Assembly (NCBI RefSeq): GCF_964204645.1
Contig: NC_134033.1
Coordinates: 8,068,655-8,132,654, forward strand
From: Tubulanus polymorphus
Taxonomy: Eukaryota; Animalia; Nemertea
DNA: 64,000 bases
Direction of reading: 5' to 3'
A program made the position numbers and the translations under genes. The notes beneath the pieces are model-generated. The model worked only from the letters and a program-made list of their open reading frames with translations. It was not told where the DNA came from and did not search any database. Below, in pieces: positions 51,029 through 64,000 of this stretch (position 1 is the first letter of the stretch; each line of letters starts with the position of its first letter).

Positions 51029-53121
51029 TGCATAGTATGAAGCAACCGAAACCATTGCCTGCGTGCGTAATCGACCGAAAAAATGGAATATACGTGGTCA
51101 AGCTATCAATGTCCGGCCCTGCGAATCCAATACACGTAAAAAAGCTATTTGTCAAGGAGAAAGAAGCATTTATTTTTGTGAAGTTGAAAATTGCCGTAAC
51201 CTTAATGATATCGCTTGTAGGAGTGGTGTGCTGACACAAGTGTTCATTTGAGAGCATGTAGCAACCCGGTTAACAACGCAGCAACTCCTATAAACATAAA
51301 ACGCGCGGAAACCGGGCAGATTTCGCAGTTTTTGAAATCAACGTCGATAAAGGAGTGCATCAGGCTCGTTGATGAAGCCATTTCTGATGGTTGCCCTGCT
51401 GTCATAAAGGTTCTATGGCCAGGTGAAACAGGGCGCATATACTTCAGCGTGTACGATAAGAATAGCAAATTTGACCAAATACCACGTGCCCGAGTGACTT
51501 TTGATACCAAGAATTTGGTATGGTTTTGTTCGTGCTGCCATGGTAACAGATGCATCCACCAAAATACTGCAAAGTGGGCTTGCATTCTAGATTGTCCCGA
51601 TATCTTTGGTATAGGAATTGATCAAAATGTTCCACTTTATCCACTAACATCACCGGAAACATTAAGAAAAATGCGGAAAAATGATAAATTGAAATCCAAA
51701 TTAGAGACTGTAGTCCACTCTGATATGCTAAAAGCTGAAGAAACGTGTTTTCAGGCTAATGATGTTCATCTTTACCCAGAAGATGAAGTTTGTTCGACTT
51801 GCGAAATCCCCTTCTCCGCACCAAATTTAATGACGGACAAAGGGAAAATATTTACTCGAATATCGGTAATAAAGAATGTGTGCGTTTATGTACGATTTTG
51901 TCTACAATGCGAAACGCCGTACCGTTACGCGGGACATGCAGATGGTCTCCATAATTACGATGATAAAATCATACTGACACTCGGTCTCTGTATTTTCATC
52001 AGAAATATGGTGATGGAAAATACAGCAGTTGGTTGTACCAAAAGAGGGCTGGAGGCGTGTACCGAAGACAATTATCCGAACGAAAACACATTGCTGCATG
52101 CTTGGTTGCATTTCGAATCCATCTGCAGACATGGATACGACTTTTGTTGCGTCAAATGTGGCTATTACCCCGAAATACTTGTTGCAAACCTTCAAAAGAA
52201 AACTGCATTTAATTTGTATGGTAGGTAAAACAATTAAGTTATGACAATTTATGTATGATTATGACGCAAGAGGTGTTTCAGTTTTGTGAAAAACATCATT
52301 ATTTGTGAAAATGCGTCTGAAGCAGCGTCTGTAATGGCTATGTTTGATATTGTTTCTTTCAGTAAAAAGTACAATGGAGAAAACAAGCGAAAACTTTGAT
52401 GGATTTGTCAACTGTAGTAGTTTCTGGGAAGCCATGGAATTTCAAATGTTTTCGTGGTGCTTAATAAACGGTTGGTGTTCTATTGTTAGGTAGAAATCGA
52501 AGATAAAGCACCCAATCACATCTAGTATACGAAAACCCTTAATCTTATGTCCATGTGTATGATGTTCTAATCGTGTTCTCATTTCAAAATAACAGATGCT
52601 GAAAGGAGGGCAGACATGATGAAACCATCGTTAGAGAATATGGCGCCGTGGATTGGACACAGAACGAGAAAGCCCGAGGTTCTGAACACCGAGTACCTGA
52701 AAGGGACCAAAATGCTCGCCGTCTGATGTCCAGGACGTAAGCGAAGAAGAATTGTTAGACTTTCTGTCCCATAAAAGCGTAAGTTAAAAGATTTGCAGTT
52801 TTGATTTAATTATACAATAAAATGTTAACGTGGTAACAAAAAAGCGTAACAATAGTGGATTGTAACGGATCTTTTATTTCGAAATCAATTTTTGGTGAGA
52901 AACAATGAAGCGAAATACTCGTCACGAAATACAAAAGTATGCTTTTCCAAACCATCGGACTTTTTCCATTACAGGAAAAACAACTGCGGGAATTTTGTCG
53001 GGCAGCGGGTATCAAAGCTAAGGGAACAAAATCTGAGATCATCGAAGCTCTGCATGATATCAAATTATCCGAAACAAAATTTCAGAAACTATTAACAAAA
53101 ATAAAGGGACATAATGGTGAG

Positions 53122-53353
<232 letters not shown>

Positions 53354-54629
53354 TTACACGTACGTACGTATCATAGACGAGCGAAACGATAAAAAAGCCA
53401 GCTGTGAATCGGACTGTGAAGCGGATCCAACACAAACAAAAGACCGTAAGGGAAAATTGCAAGGGCATGGACTGGGTCAATTGCGCTTCTAAAATTACAA
53501 GCAAAATCAAATCTGGTTTCAGTTGCAGGTGATCAATTTCCAAATTCGAAGAAGAATTCGAAAAGAAAATCCACCGGCCATGGACTACCGACGTTCTCTC
53601 GACCAAAAAACAGATCGGAAGCAAACGATCAGGTTAGCAACAGATGGAAATTATATCTAATGTATCTAATGAAATGGCATTATACCTACATTATATAGTT
53701 TCTGTAATATGTGAACACTTCCTCCAGGTAACCTTGATATGGAATAGATCATATGAAGTCGAGGTTCCAGTGGCCAAGGTAGGAACAGTTATTGTGACGG
53801 ATGTTTCTCTCAGGACGTTACGTAACAAGATGTGGTTGGGTGATGCTGTAAGTTTCGTGCAAGTGTTATCCCTCAGATATTTCTATGTTACACTTTCATT
53901 TCAAAGTAATGAACTAATATGCTGCATGCATCTGAAATACTGATATTTCAATAAATTTGTATGAACATAAATCGGGATCATTTGGAAGTTAGTCACTAAA
54001 GAGCCAGTTCATATTTTTCGTATTCATAGGTCATAGTGGCGTCTTTGTTTATGATATGCAAAAAGGCTGCAGAAGACGATCCCCCGCGTGATTGGCTTTT
54101 ATTAGACAGCCATCTTATAACATGTATAATAACTGGAAATGAAATGTCGTACAAAAATCATCTCATGAAAAAGGTATCTATCATCAACGTTCTCCGTATA
54201 CCAATCGGAATATTTCATTAGTCCATAGCGCTGTCTGCAATTGACTTTTACAAAGTTGAATGAAATTGCGTTAATCAAATGAATCTTTACTATTCTCAGG
54301 AAGTATTTGCTACAAAAGATGCAGTTGCCGAGACTTACAACAATAACCGAAGTCATTGGATTCTGGTGGTAAGTAAATGTATACCCATCTCCTAGCTGTA
54401 TTGTATGTACGTGTACGTACATGTATTTATGTACAAATTTATGCATTCATGTACGTAGGTTCTTTGGCCTAGACTACGGAGTTTTATTTATCTCGACCCA
54501 ATGGGCTACAATGATGATGAAGCCAATGCAGCAAAGGATAATTTCAGGTACGTCTAGTCGATTTCAATCAATGGTAGATTAGTTCACAAATTGTCAATCA
54601 AAATAAGTTTCATGGGCATGTGACATATA

Positions 54630-54857
54630 AGCCGCGATCACACGAGCATTCAACTGTTCACACGGGTGCCAAATGGGCCCGAGCCTGTTTGCCCTGAAAT
54701 GATTGCGTTTGAATTGCAACTGGCACCAGAAATGATCCACTTCGCTTTGTTTGAGCATTGTTTAGTATCGAGTGAATGGTTTACGTGTGAACGCGCTCTC
54801 TAATTATGATCCTTGCCAATTTGGCCCGAGCCAAATCATCTCCGTGTGATCGCGGCT
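54630..54857. mobile_element. Small Harbinger-like MITE in an intron
   Basis: TIR AGCCGCGATCACACG / CGTGTGATCGCGGCT with a 3-bp TSD ATA. Confidence 0.75.
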
Positions 54858-55047
54858 ATAATCTTCCATTCATACATTGCTTCCATCTCTTTTTAGGCGA
54901 TATCTCCAATTTTGAGAACGCCGACTAGGAAGGCCTGACCTTGGCAAAATACGGTGGATAGTTGGGTCAATCGATCACCCCAAACAGACAGATGGACACA
55001 ACTGCGGTAATTAATTTTCAGTAGAAACGAGTATGTTCATTGTTTTT

Positions 55048-56013
55048 TTAGCCCACTTGGGAATTTAGTCCCAGCGGGCTATTGCGTCCACTTTTTGTCC
55101 GTCGTCCGTCCGTCTGTTCGTCCGTCCGTAGACGGAATCCAGTTATTTTGGGAAGTTTTGAAGACGCTTCAAGGTAATGTCTTGATATTTGGCTTATACA
55201 TGTATCTACCCTAGACACATCTTCAGCCCAAAAAACTGGCCCTGTCAGAATCAAGATGGCCGACTGGCAGCCATTTTTGTTCGCCAAAATCAGCACTTTT
55301 TACACATTTTCGAAGTTTTCGAGGAAAATTTTGAAGACGCTTTGATCAATTACCTTGATCTTTCGATTATATTTGAATCTACCAGGGGCCCATCAGCATA
55401 AGAAAAATTGGGTCCATCTGACTCAAGATGGCCGTCCTATGACCTTTTTAATGCCCAAAAATGTCAATTTTGCCAGAATTCTAGGTCCTGTAGCTTCCTA
55501 TTGGTTTGCCATTTCTCATTGCAATTTGTGATGGGTATTCTTCGTAAAGGGATGTTTTATACCTGAGACAGGTATTTTTGATCCGCAAATTATGACGCAA
55601 TTGGTGGCCATCTTGGTGTCATTAGTACTCATTTGTAGGTGGGAAAAAGTTTTTCGACATTATATTGATACCTAAGCATATTTTGTTACAACAATGAATT
55701 AGAAAGTTGTAGCGTATAACGTGTTCTATGATTGTGGTGAGTTTCAAGGTTATTGGGTTTTGAATATGGTCACCAGGGGGCGTTGAATAGTAGAATAACT
55801 TAGTATTTCCATATTAAATTGGTAACGAGGCATTTTTGTCATCACAATCAATTACAAAATCGTAGCTGCTGACATGTTTTATGATTGTAATGAGTTTCAA
55901 GGTCATTGGTTTTTGTATATGGTCACCAGATGGCGTTGAATATTGAAATTGTTAGATTGTTGAGCATTTGAAACCACTTCCCAAGTGGGCATGGTGTCCC
56001 TGGACCCCTAGTT
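55048..56013 (-). mobile_element. Helentron/DINE-1-like repeat, copy 2
   Basis: Reverse-complement homolog of 33711-34883 with fewer internal repeats; T-rich insertion site. Confidence 0.65.
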
Positions 56014-57349
56014 TGAAATAAGTAGTACCCTAGTAAGAATTTTAAAACGTAATATTACAGTTGATATGACGAATGACTCATGTTCCCAATGTTGTACTCG
56101 AGGGGAAAATGGAGTGTGGGTAAGAATCTATCATGTACAATCGCATATCAGTATGAATTGCATTCTAAATACATGTAATGCACTAGGCCTATCATTTTCA
56201 TTATTGTTACAGATTAGATGCAATCACTGCTACAGGTGGTACCATAGTATCTGTATCAAACTCCATGGCGAGGAATTGAAACAAGCCATTAGAGAAGACT
56301 GGTGCTGCAGCAAGTGCATTTATTTTTATACGCATTGAACAGCGTCGTTCTTCATTTTGTGAGGCACAATTAAATTTATATTGGATCTCGTGATTCAATG
56401 GTGGAAAATTTATATAGTTCTTAGATTGATGATGGTACGGAATAACTATTGTTGCATAACTAAGATTAGCTGAATAACTAACAAGGCAGACTAACATGCA
56501 TTTAGTTTTAGTGAATCACTTAATCACTTAATTTGTAATCAGTTCATTCGATAAATACGCGGCCGGGTCTTGTGATTTTGCGTGATCATGGTATTAAAAA
56601 AGAATTGTACAGGCCGGAAGGTACCAATTAGGCCTATTTTAGCCTTGTATTTCATACGTTTATGTTTGTTATAGTAATTTTGTCGAGCATTCTAAGCACT
56701 AATCTTACGTACGATACTCCTGGAACGGTACCAGTATCTGGCCTCTCGCCTCCAGGAGTCGTAGAGGCGAGTGACGTCCGAGTTTTATGAGAATCTAATC
56801 GTTAACTTCTATTAACGCCACTAACGGCATATAAAATCTGGTTTTGTCTAATCGTTAACTTCTATTAACGCCACTAACGGCATATAAAATCTGGTTTTGT
56901 ATATATAATTTCACAATCTTTGAAAGGAAATGTATCCAAAGTTTGGCGTTTGCTCGACGTTATATAAATAGCTTTTAAATCACTCTTGTTTTTATGTTAT
57001 TTACATGTTTCTTTAAAAGATTGAGTTCCTTTTATGTGAATAAATGAAGTGATTACCATTGACCTTACGCCTTGCTTTCAGAATCTTTGAAGTGACCACG
57101 TTACATCCAAACTAACGCAGGAGATTTAATTGGCTGCTCTGCGACGGGTTAGTTTTAATCTGGCATGGCATGTCGTATGGCGCAGCGAATCAACTAATTT
57201 TACTGAATTATAGATACACAGTATAAATATTAACCAATCCGCAGTTATTCAATGCACTGACTGTGGAGATGACAAAAAAGGCCGCTAGAATGATTTGTTA
57301 AAAAGGCACAATTAGAAAGAAAAAACAAGAATATCAACAACCTACCAAC

Positions 57350-58340
57350 GCTGAATCCTACCTCCATTACTTCTCTCAAAAAACTTGCCTACCCCGATTT
57401 CATATAGAAAAAAGCTCTCCTTAAAGCTCGTACTACGCATTTTAGAAATAACAACCTTAGAACTCCTACCTTGGCTACCGATAAACAGCCTATCATTGTA
57501 CCGTATGTACCTTTCCTCGAGGATTCTAAAGTTTCTCTTCGGTCACTAAATAAACAACTTATCTTTAAATACAATAATAAACTTAGTAACATATTGATTA
57601 ATAACAAACCGAAAACCGAATCCCTAAACTGTGGAATTTATAAAATACCATGTAAAGTTTGCGACAAAGTATATATATAGGAGAAACAGGTCGGAACCTT
57701 AATCAACGCATTAAAGAGCGTAAGTTAGATGTAAAAAACTTTAAACCTGAAAGCGGAGTTGCTAGTCATGTATTTCAGACTTCACACAATTTTGATTTCG
57801 CTAATGCTGAATTAATTTACCCTAACAGCGATAAAACTAAAAGACATATTTTGGAATCTGCATTAATAAATGAAAATTCGAACAACGTTGTAAACCTTAA
57901 CAATGGTTTTTCACCCCATAATAAACTTATATCTGAATTCCTCTGTAAACTGGTTAAACTCAACACTTGATTCCACTTTGATTATTTGTTATTTGTTCTC
58001 TCATCTATTTTAGTCTCTCAACTTGTATTCACCATTGTTTTAATTTAAGTGCCCACTAGTTTGTCTTTTTACTACTGATTTCAAGTTCTAATTTATATTT
58101 ATACTCACTATTGTCGTTGATAATTACCCTTTAGTTTGCTTCCCTTTAATCTATTTTAGCGTGTAACTGTTTCTACGTAAATTTTCCTTTAGTTTGTATC
58201 ATCTCTGATTACTTGAATTAGTCTCTTTGTCTCTGGATTGTATATATATATATATCTCATAATTTTTGTAGTATCTCATTATTCCTGAAGACGACTAGTC
58301 TCGAAGTTTCATTTTCGGACTTTTTCGTTATAATTGTGGG
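57350..58340 (+). mobile_element. Penelope-like element 3' fragment with GIY-YIG endonuclease (frameshifted)
   Basis: GIYKIPCKVCDKVY|IGETGRNLNQRIKE..SGVASH..ILESALI, with the frameshift in a (TA) run at ~57671. Confidence 0.85.
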
Positions 58341-58498
58341 ATTCTCTCTAAAATATCAACAACAAATAATAATCTAATTTCAATTGCGCAATTAGTAAAA
58401 AAATTTTTAATTGCACAATTTAGAAAAAAGCAAGAAATAATTAATTTTAATTGAATGGTTGATACTTCGCATGCCACGTCATAGGCCTATATGCCCAA

Positions 58499-59589
58499 GG
58501 GCCAGTTGTTCAAAAGTTGGTTAAAGATAACCGGCCGTTAAATACCATAGTAACAATGAAATTTCAATTGTCACCATATCAACTGTCCACTCAGGGGCGG
58601 ATCCAGGGGGATGGGTAGACAGTATTGGAAAGAAATTTAAGGGCACTTTCTGATCTTAGGGCACACCCAGTATCCAGGTCAATGCGAGCGCCGAAGTCTT
58701 TCGTGGGGGGGGGGGGTCTGGCCATCCCCCAGAAAATTTTGAAAATATGGTACCATTTAAAGGCTTTTAGAGGGCTTCTAGAGACTAGCAGAGCAATCCA
58801 GAATAAACGAATCCGAGACAAGATTTCAACAAATGAAGCTGGCGAACCCATGAAAGAATGGTTGTCGCCAACTTCAAGATCAACAATGAATTTCACAGAA
58901 GACACCCATGAAAATTACTGGCATTGGTTTTTATATTTTCCCTAGTGCCCCTATAACCTTTAAATGTGCTCCTTAACAATTATACAGAATACGGCTAAGT
59001 GCCCCTTCATTGTTAACAATCGGCAAAAATTGCCTCGTCTTCACATTTATCCGTATGTCGTGTGCCGTATTCCAAACCAAAAGTGCCCCTAAAATTTGAA
59101 AAATTAGGCAAAAAAGTGCCTTTTTCTTCAGCATTCACCGTGAATTAAAGCCTGAGCGTGCCCCTTGAAAGGGCAAAGTGCCCTTTTTTCAACATTCTCC
59201 GCGTATAGCGCCCTCTTCTAAAGTACGAGTGCCCCTTTAGCCCTCCCTGAAAAGGCAAGGACGAGGTGCCCTCATCTAAAGCATGAGTGCCCCTTGAAAA
59301 AGGAGAGTGCCCTTTTTAATTTATCATGATTAAAGGCCTTACCGGGTATATCAAATATGATTATCTCTCATCACTTTCTCAGCAGCAGTATTTACCGATT
59401 AATTTTATGATTATGCCCGGATTACGGACACAGAATTAGCGGTTGCTAAAATAATGCCGTCAAAAATATTGCCGGTGAAATTTCGAAGGGCACTTAAAAA
59501 TTCTAGACCGTATTGGGCAATACGGCTAATACGGTCTGGATCCGCCCCTGCCACTGGTTAACTCTAACCAACTTTTGAGCAACCGGCCC
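58499..59589. mobile_element. Harbinger-like MITE containing a nested hAT-like element
   Basis: TIR GGGCCAGTTGTTCAAAAGTTGGTTA / TAACCAACTTTTGAGCAACCGGCCC with TSD CAA. Confidence 0.75.
58592..59550. mobile_element. Non-autonomous hAT-like element
   Basis: TIR CAGGGGCGGATCCAG / CTGGATCCGCCCCTG, partial TSD CCACT and many GTGCCC subterminal motifs. Confidence 0.7.
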
Positions 59590-59956
59590 CAAATGTTTAG
59601 GACTAACCCCTCTCTAAGGTAACCTTTACTTGTTCATGTCGTTGCTGCAAGATTCGTACCGGGAATCTAATTACAAACGTAAGTCTTGTCATTGATGGAC
59701 ATATTTGGGGAATTCTCAAACATGCGACAAGTTCGCCATCTATCGAACATCTTGCGATCCCACACTTGTTCAGGATATTAAATGAATCGGTATATCGTGA
59801 TACTCAACACGTCCTTGCGTATAACGGAATGGTTAGTCAGTGGTGTACCAGAACACCGTTTCAAGATGGCGGCTATGTAGAGGGCGCCATGGGACAATAC
59901 AGTGAGAACAGGACATTACCACCGCATACAACACGGCCGAAAGCATCCGTAGCAAT

Positions 59957-62900
59957 ACTGGTATCAGTGGTATCGGGGTATCAGTAGTATCACCGGTCTC
60001 GGAGAGGATCGGACAGTATCGCTGGTATCAGTGGTATCGTGGAATCACTAGTATCACCGGTCTCGGAGAGGATCGGACAGTATCACTGGTAACAGTGGTA
60101 TCGGGGTAGCAGTAGTATCACCGGTCTCGGAGAGGATCGGACAGTATCACTGGTAACAGTGGTATCGGGGTAGCAGTAGTATCACCGGTCTCGGAGAGGA
60201 TCGGACAGTATCACTGGTAACAGTGGTATCGGGGTAGCAGTAGTATCACCGGTCTCGGAGAGGATCGGACAGTATCACTGGTAACAGTGGTATCGGGGTA
60301 GCAGTAGTATCACTGGTCTCCGAGAGGATCGGGCAGTATCACTGGTATCAGTGGTATCGGGGTAGCAGTAGTATCACCGGTCTCGGAGAGGATCGGACAG
60401 TATCACTGGTAACAGTGGTATCGGGGTAGCAGTAGTATCACCGGTCTCCAGAAGGATCGGGCAGTATCACTGGTAACAGTGGTATCGGGGTAGCAGTAGT
60501 ATCACCGGTCTCCAGAAGGATCGGGCAGTATCACTGGTATCAGTGGTATCGGGGTAGCAGTAGTATCACCGGTCTCCAGAAGGATCGGGCAGTATCACTG
60601 GTATCAGTGGTATCGGGGTAGCAGTAGTATCACCGGTCTCGGAGAGGATCGGGCAGTATCACTGGTAACAGTGGTATCGGGGTAGCAGTAGTATCACCGG
60701 TCTCCTGAAGGATCGGACAGTATCACTGGTATCAGTGGTATCGGGGTAGCAGTAGTATCACCGGTCTCCGAGAGGATCGGACAGTATCACTGGTAACAGT
60801 GGTATCGGGGTATCAGTAGTATCACCGGTCTCCAGAAGGATCGAGCAGTAACACTGGTAACAGTGGTATCGGGGTAGCAGTAGTATCACCGGTCTCCAGA
60901 AGGATCGGGCAGTATCACTGGTATCAGTGCTATCGGGGTAGCAGTATATCACCGGTCTCCAGAAGGATCGGACAGTATCACTGGTATCAGTGGTATCGGG
61001 GTAGCAGTAGTATCACCGGTCTCGGAGAGGATCGGACAGTATCACTGGTAACAGTGGTATCGGGGTAGCAGTAGTATCATCGGTCTCTGAGAGGATCGGA
61101 CAGTATCACTGGTAACAGTGGTATCGGGGTAGCAGTAGTATCATCGGTCTCCTAAAGGATCGGGCAGTATCACTGGTATCAGTGGTATCGGGGTAGCAGT
61201 AGTATCACCGGTCTCCAGAAGGATCGGACAGTATCACTGGTAACAGTGGTATCGGGGTAGCAGTAGTATCACCGGTCTCCTGAAGGATCGGGCAGTATCA
61301 CTGGTATCAGTGGTATTGGGGTAGCAGTAGTATCACCGGTCTCCAGAAGGATCGGGCAGTATCACTGGTAACAGTGGTATCGGGGTAGCAGTAGTATCAC
61401 CGGTCTCCTGAAGGATCGGGCAGTATCACTGGTAACAGTGGTATCGGGGTAGCAGTAGTATCACCGGTCTCGGAGAGGATTGGGCAGTATCACTGGTGTC
61501 AGTGGTATCGGGGTAGCAGTAGTATCACCGGTCTCGTGAAGGATCGGACAGTATCACTGGTAACAGTGGTATCGGGGTAGCAGTAGTATCACCGGTCTCC
61601 TGAAGGATCGGGCAGTATCACTGGTATCAGTGGTATTGGGGTAGCAGTAGTATCACCGGTCTCGGAGAGGATCGGACAGTATCACTGGTAACAGTGGTAT
61701 CGGGGTAGCAGTAGTATCACCGGTCTCCGAGAGGATCGGGCAGTATCACTGGTAACAGTGGTATCGGGGTAGCAGTAGTATCACCGGTCTCCTGAAGGAT
61801 CGGGCAGTATCACTGGTATCAGTGGTATCGGGGTAGCAGTAGTATCACCGGTCTCGGAGAGGATCGGGCAGTATCACTGGTGTCAGTGGTATCGGGGTAG
61901 CAGTAGTATCACCGGTCTCCTGAAGGATCGGACAGTATCACTGGTAACAGTGGTATCGGGGTAGCAGTAGTATCACCGGTCTCCAGAAGGATCGGGCAGT
62001 ATCACTGGTAACAGTGGTATCGGGGTAGCAGTAGTATCACCGGTCTCGGAGAGGATCGGGCAGTATCACTGGTAACAGTGGTATCGGGGTAGCAGTAGTA
62101 TCACCAGTCTCCAGAAGGATCGGGCAGTATCACTGGTATCAGTGGTATCGGGGTAGCAGTAGTATCACCGGTCTCCGAGAGGATCGGACAGTATCACTGG
62201 TAACAGTGGTATCGGGGTATCAGTAGTATCACCGGTCTCGGAGAGGATCGGACAGTATCACTGGTAACAGTGGTATCGGGGTAGCAGTAGTATCACCGGT
62301 CTCCAGAAGGATCGGACAGTATCACTGGTAACAGTGGTATCGGGGTAGCAGTAGTATCACCGGTCTCCTGAAGGATCGGGCAGTATCACTGGTATCAGTG
62401 GTATTGGGGTAGCAGTAGTATCACCGGTCTCCAGAAGGATCGGGCAGTATCACTGGTATCAGTGGTATCGGGGTAGCAGTAGGATCACCGGTCTCCTGAA
62501 GGATCGGACAGTATCACTGGTAACAGTGGTATCGGGGTAGCAGTAGTATCACCGGTCTCCTGAAGGATCGGGCAGTATCACTGGTATCAGTGGTATCGGG
62601 GTAGCAGTAGTATCACCGGTCTCGGAGAGGATCGGACAGTATCACTGGTAACAGTGGTATCGGGGTAGCAGTAGTATCACCGGTCTCCAGAAGGATCGGG
62701 CAGTATCACTGGTAACAGTGGTATCGGGGTAGCAGTAGTATCACCGGTCTCCAGAAGGATCGGGCAGTATCACTGGTATCAGTGGTATCGGGGTATCAGT
62801 AGTATCACCGGTCTCCTGAAGGATCGGACAGTATCACTGGTAACAGTGGTATCGGGGTAGCAGTAGTATCACCGGTCTCCTGAAGGATCGGACAGTATCA

Positions 62901-62962
62901 CTGGTATCAGTGGTATTGGGGTAGCAGTAGGATCACCGGTCTGGGAGAGGATCGGGCAGTAT
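59957..62962. repeat. 64-bp tandem satellite, ~47 copies
   Basis: Unit GTATCACCGGTCTCGGAGAGGATCGGACAGTATCACTGGTAACAGTGGTATCGGGGTAGCAGTA; the 64-bp period is seen at 60061, 60125 and 60189. Confidence 0.95.
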
Positions 62963-64000
62963 GCCATGAAGTTATAAGCAATAGTGAACTTTTAATTCTA
63001 GATATTTAAGATTCAAGCTAGTGTAGTATATTTGAAATGTGCGATGAACTGTGTTAATTTGTAGTAATGTTTTAATTCAAAGTTTGTATGATCATGATAT
63101 CCTTAAGATGTTCCACAATAATAAATTAGATATATGTATCATAAATATGAATTAATTGACCTTAAGATTGTATCTACTTACACTACATTCAGAAGGAGGG
63201 CGATTTTTACCTACTTTGAGGAATTTGGATTTTAGGGGAATTTAACCCTGAGGATTTTTACCACTAGCCGCTTTATATACCATCGTCGAACTGTCTATTT
63301 TACAGATGCACAGCCACTATTTGACCATAAGTGGCAAGAAAATTATAAGTAGAGGGAACTGTCCCAGATTACCGCGAACAGCAGAATTAACAGAACGTTT
63401 CTTTACCCTGAGCAGATATTTGCGAAATTTGATGAAAAATTTAAATTGTGGGCAATGTACATCTCTTAACAAATACATAGTAAAATACCCACGATATATA
63501 CCGTCATACTCTCTATACCGTCAAAATTTTCTTCACCGATGTGGATGGTATATCGGGGGTTGACTGTATTACAAAACAAAATAATTAATTCAAGTGATGA
63601 AAATATAATAGTAATAAAACTTGACGAGGACGTATCCAGGAAAATGCAAAATGTGATTTACTTCTTTAAAATGAAATATTACACGCTTCCGCAAATTGTT
63701 CGCAAATGTTCTACATTTGAATTATCGATCCTGTAATGGGCTCAAGTAAAATTAAACCACCTGCATATTTTAACGCTCCAAGATCTGGCTATGTGACTAC
63801 CAAAACTATGTAAGCTATCGATGCAAGCGGTGAAAAACAAAGAAGAAATAAGCCCCGGCCCTTGTTTTAATCCAATGAAAAATTCCGGTTTCAGGTAACC
63901 GGCATATTTCCATATGAAATAAAAATCAATTAAAATATTCTTCGTTTCAGTAATGATTTGAAAAGTAATGAGTAATGAATACGGTCGAAAGGGGGGTCAT

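Noticed and set aside
56793-56900. 53-bp tandem duplication near a possible Zisupton right end
   Set aside because: The duplication is real, but no TIR or TSD partner is visible in the window, so no boundary can be called.
59957-62962. CRISPR-like array
   Set aside because: There are no unique spacers; it is a head-to-tail satellite in a eukaryotic context.

Overview
Repeat-dense eukaryotic (invertebrate metazoan-like) DNA with one recognisable host gene, CEP19 (35048-35548, minus). The first half is a nested stack built on a BEL/Pao LTR retrotransposon (~1902-31762, tRNA-Tyr-type PBS). It carries a Sola-like DDE DNA transposon in its 5' LTR (2185-5915, TGCT TSD), a Harbinger-like MITE in pol (9883-10673) and a full-length but decaying 18.4-kb Maverick/Polinton endogenous virus (11016-29456). 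The Maverick has 461-bp TIRs and an ACTCAA TSD and encodes integrase, packaging ATPase, major and minor capsid, pPolB and an HNH nuclease; I see no recognisable protease. The second half holds Helentron/DINE-like repeats, several MITEs, an AcademH-like element, a near full-length LINE, CR1 and Penelope fragments, a second Maverick terminus, a multi-exon Zisupton/KDZ-like relic (SWIM, SAP, Ulp1 protease, PHD), microsatellites and a 64-bp satellite. The most notable signals are a TAAATG (often T-tract + TAAATG) start motif shared by most Maverick genes, fold-back Maverick termini with compensatory changes between two families, and a LINE ORF2 that appears reachable only by read-through of ORF1's single TAG. 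All calls are by eye, without database searches.
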